Positions 1 to 11,758 of a DNA stretch of 64,000 nt are shown here, one piece after another (positions within the stretch are counted from its first letter, which is position 1; the number at the start of each line of letters is the position of its first letter). The position numbers and the translations under genes are program-made. Under the pieces are notes generated by a model. That model had not been told where the DNA came from. It did no database searches and was given only the letters and a program-made list of their open reading frames with translations. The stretch covers positions 64,108,001 to 64,172,000 of the forward strand of contig NW_026262734.1 of the NCBI RefSeq assembly GCF_021869535.1, written 5' to 3'. The stretch comes from Mytilus californianus. Taxonomy: Eukaryota.

Positions 1-22
1 AGGCATAGCTTCATACAGACTT

Positions 23-1668
23 ATGAATCCTACAAATTCAACCGTTTACATTCCAAGAAGGACTAAAATTGCGAAAGCTGAAACTATACAGTTCAACCGT
101 GTTACAAAGTTCACAGAAGGATCATCTGCTCCTATAAACTCTCTTGGCAAAACAACTAGTAATCAACTTTGTAGTAAATTTTCGGACCTAGGATTTAATT
201 TGGACAATTTGGAACTTACAGCGGAACAAAAACAACAAATTCAAAACTTTCTTATTCAAAATAGGGACATATTTGCAAAAGATTTAAGTGAACTGGGACA
301 TACCAACTTGCATTTCCACACAATATATACTGGTGATGAAAAACCAATTAGTGCTGCTCCATATAGACAATCTCCACAAATGCGCAGAGAACTAGATAAA
401 CAACTTGATGAAATGGAAAGATATAATATTATTGAGGAGTCTACTTCACCATGGCATAGTCCAGTCGTACTTGTTAAGAAAAGAAATGGAAGTATTCGCG
501 TATGTGTAGATTTTAGGGCTTTAAACCGTATAACAGAACCCATGTCAGCAGTAATTCCAACTATGACTGATATATTTGACACTTTGGCAGATTCAAAAGC
601 AGAAATATTCTCATCTCTCGATTTAACGTCCGGATTTTGGCAGGTCCCGCTAGATCCAGCAACGAAGCATAAGAGTGCATTCATCACGCATAAAGGTGTA
701 TATGAATTTAATAGACTTCCATTTGGTATGATGAACTCTCCATTGACTTTCCAGTGTTTAATGACAAAAGTGCTGAAGGACTTAAATTTCAAAATTGCGT
801 TAGTTTACATAGATGACATTCTTATTTTCTCAAAGAATTTTGAAGACCACCTTAATCACCTTCAACAAGTGTTTTCCAACCTACGTGAAGCAAGCCTGAA
901 ACTTAATCCTGAAAAATGTAAGTTCGCGACAGGAACAATCAAGTATCTCGGACATGTTATATCAAAAGACGGCATCCGTGTCAATCCGGAAAATACAGAA
1001 AAAGTAAAGGACTTCTCCAAACCAACCACTGCAAAGCAAGTTAAAAGTTTTTTAGGAATGGCAAACTACTATAGGAAATTTGTGAAGGACTATGCCCACA
1101 TAGCAGCTCCATTAACAAAGCTTCTAAAGAAAGATCAAAGATTCAGGTGGACTCCAGAATGTGATATTGCGTTTGAAAATTTAAAAGACCGTTTCACATC
1201 AGCTCCAATTTTATCGTTTCCTCATTTAGACAAACCTTTCATCTTAGCAACAGATTCTTCAGAGTTTTCAAATGGATATATTTTAAGTCAGATTCAAAAT
1301 GGATTAGAACATGTGATTGCTTATGGCGGTAGACAATTAAGGGGTTCAGAACTTAAGTGGCATATTACTGACAAAGAGGCTCTAGCATTAGTAGAAGGAG
1401 TTCAACATTTCAAACATTATTTGGCAAATCAAGAGTTCACAGTATATACAGACAATATCTCAGTTAAATACCTTCAGAAAATTAAAGATTGTCAGGGAAG
1501 ACTTGGTAGGTGGAGTTAGCTATTACAAGGATATAATTTTAAAATTCAACATCGTGCAGGATCTAAAAACCCAGCAGACTGCTTATCAAGACAAAAACAT
1601 TTAGAAATTAACAATAGTGTATCGTATGACTCGAGTGAACTTGCAGACCATTTAGGCTCCATAGATAT
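23..1668 (+). pseudogene. Gypsy pol: reverse transcriptase and RNase H, disrupted
   Basis: Motifs SPWHSPVVLVKK, CVDFRALN, LDLTSGFWQ, LPFG, YIDD, TDKEALAL and YTDN are present. TAG at 1517-1519 interrupts GRLGRWS*LLQGYNFKIQHRAGSKNPADCLSR, which continues in frame. A frameshift between about 1638 and 1668 leads into the integrase frame. The frame is open from the window start. Confidence 0.93.
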
Positions 1669-4173
1669 ACAGAAGTTACATTTATATATAAGGGTGAAAA
1701 TGAAGATGCCATTATTTCCAGTCTACAAACCGTGACAATCAATGATATTCAATTAACAAATCTAGCCGAAGAACAAGAAACATGTAAAGACTTTGCCGAT
1801 ATTATTAAATACAAACAGTCAGGAAGGGTACCACAGAATCCAGAACTTGCAAGGGCAGTCGTAGCCGAATCATTCAACTTTGAATTAGAAGATGGAATAT
1901 TAAAACACTTCTACTCAAAACGTTGTAAGAAAGTGCCAAAAGATGAACGACTTGTCAAACAGATTGCAGTTCCAAGGAATCTCCGTGATTCAATACTCAA
2001 AGCCTATCATGACTGCATTCTGGGAGGAGGACATCAAGGATTTGAACGAACATATGCTGCAATTCGAAACAAATATTTCTGGCCATCAATGTATAATGAC
2101 ATTAACAAGTACGTAAAAACATGTGAAGTGTGCCAGCAGTCCAAGCGTGCTTTCAATTCAAAACCACCACCTTTACAACCACAACCAACAAATGATATTT
2201 TCGGACGATGGCATATGGATATTTTAAGTGGCCTTCCAACAACAAAAGATAAATATAAACATGTTTTACTCGTAGTTGACAGCTATTCGAAATGGTGCGA
2301 AGCTTTTCCGTTAAGATCTGAGGAAGCAGGTGAAGTTGCAAATGTTTTATATAGAGAAATAATATCCCGTTATGGTGCTCCTAGGACTCTATTATCTGAC
2401 CGCGGACGTAATTTTGTTTCAAATTTAGTTAAAGCTCTTTCGGAACTGTTCAATATTAAAAGACACCTTACTAGCTCATACCATCCACAGACAAATGGTG
2501 CATGCGAAAGAATGAACTCTGTAATTTTACAAGCTTTAAGAGCCTATACAAGGGATCAACAAGATGATTGGTATGATGTACTACCTGGAATTTTAATGGC
2601 CTATCGTGCTACGCCCGCCACTCAATCAACTGATTATTCACCATTCTTTTTACTTTATGGACGAGAAATGACATTACCTATTGACACCGAGCTAATACCA
2701 AAAGATCGTTTGGCACAAGACCACAAAATATTTTTAAGCAGAATACTTCAAAATTTGGAAACTTCAAGAAAAATAGCTGCTAACATCAAGCAAGCTCAAG
2801 AAAGATATAAACAACAATATGACAAAAAATCTAAGGAACCTGAATTTCAACCAGCTCAACGTGTTTGGCTTTATTGTACCAAAGTTCCTGTCGGAAAAGC
2901 ACCAAAATTACACAGAAAATGGTCAGGACCCTATTATATTACCCGTATTGGACCCAATTGTACTTACAAACTTAGAAATTGTGCAACAAACAAAGAGGTT
3001 AAGTCGATGGTAAACGCTCAACGAATGAAGCCATATTACGATCCAAAAGACAGACCAACTAATTTACCAGAGGATTTTCAAAATGACAACGAAGAACTGA
3101 ATCCAGAAGAAATACAAGATGACAACATCAATGATAATGATCAACTTTTACTAGACAACCATCAACAACCTGTGCCACAAATCAACAACAATGGAATAAA
3201 TAGACAACAACCACCCCTTCCTGTAATTGACAACAATAGGCCAACTCAGAACCAACAACAGCAACTTCCTGTAGATAGAAACAACAACGGACAACAACAA
3301 AAGCAACAACCAGCACAAAATAGTGAAACAAATAAGAGAACTGCAGGCCCTTCAGGAGATTCAACCGTAAATGCACCAGTTAAAGACAACAAGCCATCTT
3401 GTCAGGACTGTAAGAACAATAAGTGTAACGCATTCAAAGAAGAGGAGATTCAACAAGTTTTATCGTCAGTTAGAGGTAACGGTACATTATATTATAAACT
3501 TAAGTTTACCGATAAATCAAGAAACACAGAATGGTATTTTCCGTGCAAGGTCCCAGCAAAATTAATACGAGAATTTCATGCGCAACGTGCAATGAGTGGT
3601 AAGAAAAGAAAACGCCCATTACAGCAGAATAAGCATAAATTTTTCACAAAACCGGATCCAGCTGTTAATAGTGTACAATATATTTCAAGTAAAGTCACAG
3701 CTGATATAAGCACACAAACTGAAACCATAAATGAACAAGATCAAGGAAATGAACATCAACAATTATTAGCCGTAAGAATTGTTAACAACCGACCATACTT
3801 TCTAATTAAATCTGGAAATACTACAAAATACGAATCAATGACTTCAGTACCAAATACCGCTCGACAAGTTTTAATAGATCATAAGGAACGTTTCAAACAA
3901 GCCCTTTTACAACAAGACATTCAATATGCTATGGAGAAACGATTAGGAAAGGAAAATCAACGCGACTGCAGATTTCAAATAGCCTCCGATGGAAAAATAC
4001 ACGAAATTCGATACAACATAGATGGCACAACGGAATATTTATCGGGATACAGGAATCCAGTCATTGCACCAGAGTGGGATACATTTGATAGTCTGTCAAA
4101 TGCGTCAATAAATAACTTTATAAATGTGTTAGAAACACAATACAAAATAGAAATAAGTATGAGGAGAAGATAA
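1666..4173 (+). CDS. Gypsy integrase with a long C-terminal extension (Q/N-rich linker and chromodomain-like modules)
   Basis: HHCC zinc finger (HDCILGGGHQG...CEVCQQ), DDE core (DILS, DRGRNF, HPQTNGACERMN) and GPY motif (WSGPYYI). ORF 1732-4173 is uninterrupted but separated from RT/RH by the frameshift. Confidence 0.9.
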   Translation, partial: YTEVTFIYKGENEDAIISSLQTVTINDIQLTNLAEEQETCKDFADIIKYKQSGRVPQNPELARAVVAESFNFELEDGILKHFYSKRCKKVPKDERLVKQIAVPRNLRDSILKAYHDCILGGGHQGFERTYAAIRNKYFWPSMYNDINKYVKTCEVCQQSKRAFNSKPPPLQPQPTNDIFGRWHMDILSGLPTTKDKYKHVLLVVDSYSKWCEAFPLRSEEAGEVANVLYREIISRYGAPRTLLSDRGRNFVSNLVKALSELFNIKRHLTSSYHPQTNGACERMNSVILQALRAYTRDQQDDWYDVLPGILMAYRATPATQSTDYSPFFLLYGREMTLPIDTELIPKDRLAQDHKIFLSRILQNLETSRKIAANIKQAQERYKQQYDKKSKEPEFQPAQRVWLYCTKVPVGKAPKLHRKWSGPYYITRIGPNCTYKLRNCATNKEVKSMVNAQRMKPYYDPKDRPTNLPEDFQNDNEELNPEEIQDDNINDNDQLLLDNHQQPVPQINNNGINRQQPPLPVIDNNRPTQNQQQQLPVDRNNNGQQQKQQPAQNSETNKRTAGPSGDSTVNAPVKDNKPSCQDCKNNKCNAFKEEEIQQVLSSVRGNGTLYYKLKFTDKSRNTEWYFPCKVPAKLIREFHAQRAMSGKKRKRPLQQNKHKFFTKPDPAVNSVQYISSKVTADISTQTETINEQDQGNEHQQLLAVRIVNNRPYFLIKSGNTTKYESMTSVPNTARQVLIDHKERFKQALLQQDIQYAMEKRLGKENQRDCRFQIASDGKIHEIRYNIDGTTEYLSGYRNPVIAPEWDTFDSLSNASINNFINVLETQYKIEISMRRR

Positions 4174-4913
4174 ATTTGTGTGTAGTACATGTACATTTGT
4201 TAGATATATTAATATTTTATAGAATAATAATAATGAATTGTAGCTACTATTGAATAAAAGCCACAAAGATGGGCAAAGAATAGATTATTGAATAAAACCA
4301 CATAGATGGTAATAAGTATATTATAGAGTAAATGAGTAAAGCCACAAAGATTGGCAAATAATGAATTATAGAATATAGTGATTGTAAAAAGATAGATACC
4401 GGTATTGTAAATATAGTGTATGTCTTGTATTTTTATTGTAATACTAGCTAGTATGTTTTCTTTTTTTTTTGTATGTTACAATTTTTTTTTTAAAGTATAT
4501 TAATGATCTATGATTGAAATCATTTGGAGTTGGACTGGTCATTCAACTCCACACCCTGCACTTGTATAGGGATGACCACCTTATACAAGGAGCATACAGC
4601 ATAAAACATTTTCTTCATTTTTATGTAATTTTCAGTCTTGAATTCTTCTTTGTATATGTCTTGTCTTATTTTACATTTTCATTAGTCTGGCTTTTCATAT
4701 CTTATCTAGCAATTTTCTTTATCTAGCAATTTTGTCTCAAATTGCAATTTTTATCTTGTCTTGCAAAATATGCGGTCTTTACATATACATTTTCTTGTGT
4801 ATATTATAATACAATACAGTTTATTCTGCACGATTATTGTATATATATTCTTTTATTTTGAATGTTTTTTTTTAACATATGTATATTTTCTCATGTTTGG
4901 GGACAAACATATT

Positions 4914-4927
4914 GGAGAAGGGGGGAA
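4914..4927 (+). promoter_or_regulatory. Polypurine tract (PPT) of the Gypsy element
   Basis: GGAGAAGGGGGGAA ends 2 nt before the LTR start TGTCA. Confidence 0.85.
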
Positions 4928-4929
4928 TT

Positions 4930-5750
4930 TGTCATAGGTGTTCTTTTATGTAAACGTTTTAAAGTGAATTTTATTGAGAAAATATATTATTTTAGAAAAT
5001 ATGAAATTATGAAATAATTGTATGACAAATTTTAATTTAATTACTCAGGTAGATTTTGTGAAACATGTCGTTTGTTAATAATTGCTCTGAGCAACATTTT
5101 GGTATCTTGTCAATTGTCATTAATTAATATGAGCAATATTATGTTTTAATTAGTATCATAAATGTAATTAACTTGTATCTCTGTAATTGACATTATTAAT
5201 ATTTCACCTTTGGACATTGTAAACAATATTATTAATACTCAAATTATCTCAATTATCAAAATTATCAATGTCTGTCATTTTATGAGTAGTTTTCAGCATT
5301 CGCCTTTAATATCGGGGTCAAACATTTATTCGTCAGTCTAGTCTCATCGGTGTCATCCAGAAAAGAGTGCTTTCAAAGCCAACCAGGCTCAGCTGCTCAG
5401 GAGAAACGCCAACACAAAAGACTTACTCAATACAACTGTAACTGTTCAAACCAGGCAACAATAACTTGGAATATTTGGAACATTTTGGACTTTAAACTTA
5501 AACTGTGAATGGATTAGTGAAATTAGTGACTTTATTATTTGGAACATTTGGACTTTATTTATTTGTAAATCGTCTTGGCATCATTATCATCATTTAGATC
5601 TGTTATTATATAAAACTGTTAAACTTGCTGCTTGCTTTATAGTTTTGCCTGCCATCGCTCAAGTCTTGCAAAAGACTGACCTCCTGTCCCTTGGGTTGTG
5701 CATGTTCGATAGTCCTCCTTAAACTCGACGTGCACTGGCTCTTGGTGACA
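4930..5750 (+). repeat. 3' LTR (about 821 bp)
   Basis: Starts TGTCA right after the PPT and ends TGACA (5-bp terminal inverted repeat). Unrelated interspersed repeat follows. The partner LTR is not in the window. Confidence 0.8.
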
Positions 5751-5754
5751 GACA

Positions 5755-6560
5755 CCAATTATTGTCCTCAAACATGAAAAATGCTTGTTTTTGGCCCCTT
5801 TTTTCCCCCTTATTCCTTAACAGCTATGACAATAACCCCCAAAATTAATCCCAACCTTCCTATTGTGGTGTGGAACCTTTTGCTTAAATATCGACCAAAT
5901 AAATTTCTCTTATACTCATGTTTATATTGTCTTAAAACCAGACAAATAATTGTTTTTGGCCCCTAATTACAAAACTGCTTAGACAATAACCCCCAAAAGT
6001 CAATCCCAACCCTCCTATTGTGGAATGAACATTGTACTAAAATTTCTTACACATCCATACACTCACACAAAAGTTATTGTCTGCGAACCAATTTATTTTC
6101 CATGAACCAGTAAAACTAACCTTTTTTGGTCCCTAATTACAAAACCACACGGACAATAGCCCCCAAAAAACAATCCCAACCATCCTTTAGTGGTATGGAA
6201 CCTTGTGCTTAAATTTAATAGAGATCCATTAACTTATACCCAAGTTATTGAACCAAAATGTCTCAGACGCAGACAACACCATAACATAATACTGCGGTCG
6301 TATAAAAAGGTAAGATGGACCCTGTCAGACGGACAAGTACACCTTAAAATCATTCCATACACCAAAGATAGTTAACCTATAGCTTATAGTGTCATAGAAA
6401 CAGACCTTACAAATAAAACTGAACTTTGACCAATGAACTATGAAAATGAGGTCAAGGTCAGATGAACTCTGTCAGACAGAAATGTACACCTTGCAATCAT
6501 TCCAAACACCACATATAGTCGAGAAATGGACTGAACCATGAAAAAAATGAAAATCAAATA
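5755..6560. repeat. Degenerate interspersed repeat with internal subunit repeats (HINE-core-like)
   Basis: Recurring motifs aatcccaacc(t)tcc...tgtggtatggaacc and gaggtcaaggtcagatgaac. Related sequence recurs at about 8700-8960. Confidence 0.5.
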
Positions 6561-6624
6561 TAAAAGGCAAGACCAATTTGGCAGACAACATGTATAATAT
6601 TTTACAATGCTGACTTGTACGGAG

Positions 6625-6880
6625 CTAGGATGAAAAATTTTGTCCTGCATTTTTTTTTAACTGTAATCTCTGTCCTGCCTTTTTATTTTTCACTCTATTC
6701 GGTCCTGCTTTTTTTTTTTTTTAGTTTATCCTGACTTTTTTTTACCTAAATTGTCGTCTTGACTTTTTTTTTTGCAAGTGTCTCATCCTGCCTTTTTTTA
6801 ACTCAAAACTCCTGTCCTGCCTATTTTTTTCAAATTTCATCCTAGCCCCCCCCCCATAAAAATCAAATGGTAGCTCCCTT
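6625..6880. mobile_element. MITE fragment with GTCCTGC subrepeats
   Basis: gctaggatgaaa and tttcatcctagc are inverted. The right end is ...atcaaatggtagctccctt. The left TIR is truncated. Confidence 0.5.
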
Positions 6881-6894
6881 AGCCATGAAAACAC

Positions 6895-8060
6895 AGACGG
6901 AATAGAACATCCTGAATTTTACGGTGATGTTGTTTATCGAACCCGGAAATTTATTTAAACGATCCGGATAAACTTATCAATCCTTTAAATAAACTTATTC
7001 TAAAAGGTTACCACTTCAACACTGTAATTAGATCTTTGAATATTGTTTTTATTGGTATAAATTAGGGATGTCAACGAGTACTTGAGTACTCGAGTATCGC
7101 TCGGTAGTACCGAGTATCGAATACCAAAATGATACTCGACTAATCGGTTTCCTGATAGAATGTTGTTGCCTTCTTAAAGAAATACAATTTTTATTAAGAG
7201 CGCCTCCCGGGAAATTAAATATTAATCAAAATTAATCAAAATTAAAATACGTTTCGAATATTTGCGTTTTTAAAATTGTCATTTAAAATTCCTCCAAACA
7301 TAGGTAGGCTATGAACAAAAGCACCTTTCCAAGGCTTACAATTTTAGCTGATTGTGTCTTAGTCATTCCACCACCTCTGTACTGTCAGAGCAAATATTTT
7401 CATCAGCAGGACTTTTAGTTGTGTAACAAAGCTGAGAAATCAACTCGTCGCAGAAAAAGCTGACAAGGTAATACATGTATTTCTAAATAAGAACAAATTC
7501 GTTGCACCTTGTGTCTGCCCTCGGGTTAAAGGCATCAGTAAGTTCTAATCATCACCCCTTTGGTGATCATTAAATATGTTTTTTTACGATTCCCAAATAC
7601 TTTTGTTTGAGTAATCATTTTTCTATAGATTTTTATTAATTAATTGATTAGATCATTGCCAGTTTACATAATTAGTATATGTAGTAATTGAGCTATTAAT
7701 TATGGTATAAAATTCCTGGGACTATTATCTAGTCCTGGGTAATAATGTTGAGGGTTTTACGTCCATAAGACAACGTCCCACAAAATGTAAAATTGATTTA
7801 ATTTTGTATTTCCATTTTGTAGATGTTTTTCCGAGCGAGTACTCGAGTATCGCTCGGTAAATCCAACGAGTACTCGATTAGTAAATCTTCACCGAGTTGA
7901 CATCCCTAGTATAAATATTGATTCTGTTATCAGTAAATTAAAATCATACTAAATAGTATTGTTATACACATATGCACTTTCACGGTACTACAATCTGTCG
8001 ATACCTATATTTTGGCATTGCACAAGGTCATGGTTTTCTCTGAGTCTTAATGAAGTCTTT
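6895..8060 (+). mobile_element. Penelope-like element 3' fragment, split by a hAT insertion
   Basis: Translates to GIEHPEFYGDVVYRTRKFI...LNKLILKGYHFNTVIRSLNIVFIGIN, then resumes after the hAT as IDSVISKLKS. This resembles the C-terminal part of PLE RTs. Confidence 0.6.
7063..7908 (+). mobile_element. Non-autonomous hAT transposon with a dimerization-domain remnant
   Basis: TIR TAGGGATGTCAAC/GTTGACATCCCTA, exact 8-bp TSD GTATAAAT (7055-7062 and 7909-7916), and GAGTACTC subterminal repeats. 7311-7495 encodes, with frameshifts, FPRLTILADCVLVIP-TSVLSEQIFSSAGLLV-NKLRNQL. Confidence 0.92.
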
Positions 8061-8269
8061 ATACTAAATCCATTGGATGTTGGATGTTTACTGATTGATA
8101 TATTAGTCTTAGATACATGTCAGTAACTGTGAGTACTCTCAGATCTGTAATTTGTGTCTTTTTTTGTTCTTAGCTATAGGGATGTATAAATACCCTGCCA
8201 TGTCCAATCTGTGTTTTTGTTTGAAGTTTTTCTGCTTTGTATAGTTCTCATGAGTTAAGCCATTTTCAA

Positions 8270-8655
8270 CTGATTTTTATAGTTTGTTCTTATGTTGTAC
8301 TGTAACACCACTGTTTCAGGTTAGGGGGATGGTTGAGCACTCACAAACATGTTTAACCCCACCACATTCTTTATGTGCCTGTCCCTAGTCTGGAGCCTGT
8401 AGTTCAGTGGTTGTCTTTGGTTCTAGTCTGTCATACTTGTTTTTCGCAAAATGTTTTGATATAAATTAGGCCATTAGTTTTCCCAATTGAATTGTTTCCT
8501 ATTTTTCATGTCAGGGCCTTTTATAGCTAACTATATGGTATTTGTTTTTTTCGTTGTTGAATGCCGTACGGTTGCCTATAATTGCTTATATACACTTCAT
8601 TTGAACTTGAGTGGATAGTTGTCTCATTGGCAATCATACCTCGTATATTTATTTT
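8270..8655 (+). mobile_element. Abundant SINE-like interspersed repeat
   Basis: The same sequence occurs inverted at 45350-45660 and as fragments at about 30455-30500, 47200-47300 and 53640-53700. The shared end is gttgtctcattggcaatcatacc. Confidence 0.65.
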
Positions 8656-9756
8656 TATATAGTTAAAAAAATTGCTTATAGAATCTGAGAAACATTTCAT
8701 ACACCAAATATAGTTGACCTACTGCTTGTAGTATCGAAGATATGGATTTGACCACAAAAACTTATCCTTGATCACGGATTTATAACATGATGTAAAGGTC
8801 AGATGAACCCTGTATGATGGACATTTAGGCCTTGCAAGAAACCCATTTATCAAATATAGTTATCCTATTATTCATAATAATTAAGAAATTCCCATGACAA
8901 AAATCTATAATTTTTCTAAGCAGTCGTTGAAACATAAAAATGAGGTCAAGGACAATGGATGTATGATAGATAGAAACTTTGTAAAATAGCACATATGCAT
9001 ATAAGGTATAAAGCATCCAGGTCTTTTATTACATATATCAGTGTCATGGTTAAAAGAATGAAAGGCCATAATTCCTGAATGGCAAAAGTGGAAATTGACA
9101 ACATTGAACATGACTTCAATTTTGCCATCTGTTACAACATATTGGCAAATACATTGGTTGAACAGTTCCCAACATATTGCACAGAAATGACATAAATGCA
9201 TTTTCCAATCAATCAAGGACTAACTCCTGAATGGCAAAAGTGAAAGTTTGAAAAGTATCAGATGAACTAGAACAGATCATTAAGTAAATGCACTGAAACA
9301 ATTTGAACCGACTGCCATCCAGCTGTACATTCCTAGATCAATAACATAGGACATTTAATCCAGATGACTATGGTGACTGTCACAAATACATATATTCATG
9401 TGTTTTTCTTCTAAAAATGTTACTGCAAAATCTATTCTCCTTATTTACATGTCTTTATGTCTTATTTTTAAATATAACATCAATTTATCCATTGCCCTTC
9501 TAAAAAAAATTAAGTACACGAATATAATTTGAACAGTTTACACCTGTATATTTTGTATCAATATGTTTATTATCCATGTTATCCCAATAACTATACATAC
9601 ATCTATTTTTCACAACCAAGTGCATCAATGACCATTATCTGTCATTTTTACATGTATAATAAATTTTAAGCTTATTATTCATAGGTTAATACAGAAATGT
9701 TATTTACAAATTCCTATTTATTTAAAAATACAGTGCATCTTAACAATAAGTGTTCA

Positions 9757-10003
9757 TCATCTCCTATAGTCTGTTCTTTTTGATGATCCTGATAGAACTC
9801 TCCCTCTTGATCCTGATCTTGCTCTTTGTTCACGATTCCTATCATATCGGGGATCACTGTCTATTGTTCGACCTTGTCCATTTTCTTTTCCACGTTCTCC
9901 AGCTGACAGAACTGGTTTCCTTCTCTGTTGTCCAAGCATAGACATTAACATTTGGAGCACTGCTGTAGGAGCAACATTCATTTTCAGCAAATCTAGTATT
10001 ATC
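9757..10003 (-). CDS. MZT2: MZT2 (MOZART2) last coding exon
   Basis: Acceptor tttttttctcag|G. Translates (K)IILDLLKMNVAPTAVLQMLMSMLGQQ..., matching the MOZART2 core KILVDLLKLNVAPLAVFQMLKSM. The phase-2 join with the upstream exon is exact. Confidence 0.92.
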
Positions 10004-11639
10004 CTGAGAAAAAAAGTATCTCATAATCAAAGGGCTTGGCTTTGAGAGAAAAGTTAATAGTTTATCACAAACAATGGCAAATAAAGATATCATAAAAGGA
10101 TGATTTTGAGTTCCCAAAAAACACTTCTTTGACCTCACCACATGTTGATGTGCCTGCCCAAAATCAGGAACTTTGTCTGTGTTTCCCTTAGTTATGTATA
10201 TATTGTACATGTATATCAGAAGGGAATTGGATGTTTATGACAGGTCTCTGATTCTATCTGTTGGAAATTTTTCACCCTTAAACTCAAGACAATTCAGACT
10301 TGAAATATTCTACAGATGCTTGTCTCTTATTCAAGGCTGTGGTACATGTATGTTGACATTTTGATATTTTTTTGTGTCATTGGGGTGCTTTTTTTGTGGT
10401 GTATACTCAAAAACTCCCTTTGTTCATGTTTAAATTAGTTGTACATGTTGTTGTGTTGTAATTAAAGTCATAGGAAAATAAAGAGTAGAATTTTGACAGA
10501 TCCAAAAAGCTAATCACTGCCAAGCTGCTGACATAATATGAAGTCACAGGGGGTGTAGGAGACAGGGCAAAAACAAACCCATATGTACCATACACTTTAT
10601 GGCAAAAAAATAATGAATGAAGATGAAAGAGGACTGACTGACTTCTAGACTACATGTATTAGACATAAGAAAAGAGTATGTTTTTTAGCTTGTCAATTTC
10701 AGAAGTTTGGTCATTCTATTCAGTAATGCCTAAAAAAACTGTGACACAAATATTTGTTCAACTAACAGACAGAGGCACAAGGTGAAAATAAAAACAGTAT
10801 GTGTTTGTGGGGCAAAGATGCTCCTTCCTATGTAACCCGTTTAAGCAACTTTAAGGGGACAAGCATTTGATATGTCTAAGGGGTTACGGATGATTTTGAA
10901 AATAAATGACCTCACATTGCAACTAGCAAAAATAAATAATCTTCCAAAGGGTGGCTTGGAAATAGTTTTACATCTATCTATTTATGTATACCTGTAATCA
11001 TTTCTAAAATTCCCCCTTAAGTTAAATTACTGAAGTTATTGAATTCTCAGGAAACATAACTTCACTATTTTCTGCAGTATCCAAGAATCAAGTGAAATAA
11101 TTCTGTAGACAAAAGTGAAATAAGTAAAATTTGGACTGAATCTGTGTTAAATGGGTCCTGAACTATATTTCTAAATTTAAAATAATTTGGTGGAGAGTTT
11201 ATGTATATGTAGTTATAGTGCAGTTACAAAAAAAACATTTTTAATAGAATCAATATATCATGGGGCATAACTCTAAAAAGACCATAAAAATCAACTTGGG
11301 ATCTTTATAAAGTGGTCCTAATTATGCTAATATTTCAAATGAATTGGTGAAGGCTTATTTAAGTCATTGTCTACACACCAAAAATATGGCTATTTTCCAC
11401 TTTATCAAGGGGCTTTACTGATACTCTGGAAAGACAATAATGGTAGTTGTCTTTGACAATATTTCCATTTCAATTTCTATTGATTTGGTGGAGACTTACT
11501 AAGGTTGGCATCTGGAAGCCAATCTAAGGATATACCATGTACATACCTACTGTACATTAAACAATCAGGATATGAAACAAACAACTTTCAATCATGGCCT
11601 CTACAGATCTACACATTACATACAAGACTAAGAACTTAC

Positions 11640-11758
11640 TTGAAAACACTTGGATCAAGTGTGATGCCTGCTAGCTGTGAAAGTTCATACAACTCTGCTT
11701 CATCCAAAGTGAGAACATTTTTACTCAGTAATGTATATTTGAGTGTTTGTTGTGACAT
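11640..11758 (-). CDS. MZT2: MZT2 first coding exon
   Basis: ATG at 11758 gives MSQQTLKYTLLSKNVLTLDEAELYELSQLAGITLDPSVF(K) with donor AA|gtaagt. Matches MOZART2 KVLSTEEMELYELAQAAGGAIDPDVFK. Confidence 0.92.

Larger units (their letters stand above)
1..5750 (+). mobile_element. Ty3/Gypsy LTR retrotransposon, 3' part (5' LTR and gag lie outside the window)
   Basis: Domain order is RT-RNaseH-integrase. A polypurine tract at 4914-4927 is followed by an LTR bounded by TGTCA...TGACA. Confidence 0.95.

Noticed and set aside
256-792. 178-aa minus-strand ORF
   Set aside because: It is the antisense shadow of the RT coding frame and has no recognisable motifs.
1517-1519. Programmed read-through at the pol TAG
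   Set aside because: It lies inside the RNase H C-terminal motif (RWS-L-LLQ), not at a gag-pol boundary. A single substitution in a Leu codon explains it.
1638-1668. Programmed ribosomal frameshift between RNase H and integrase
   Set aside because: No X-XXY-YYZ slippery heptamer is visible, and Gypsy pol is normally continuous here.
9854-10210. 118-aa minus-strand ORF
   Set aside because: It crosses the MZT2 intron/exon boundary in a non-coding frame and shows no homology cues.
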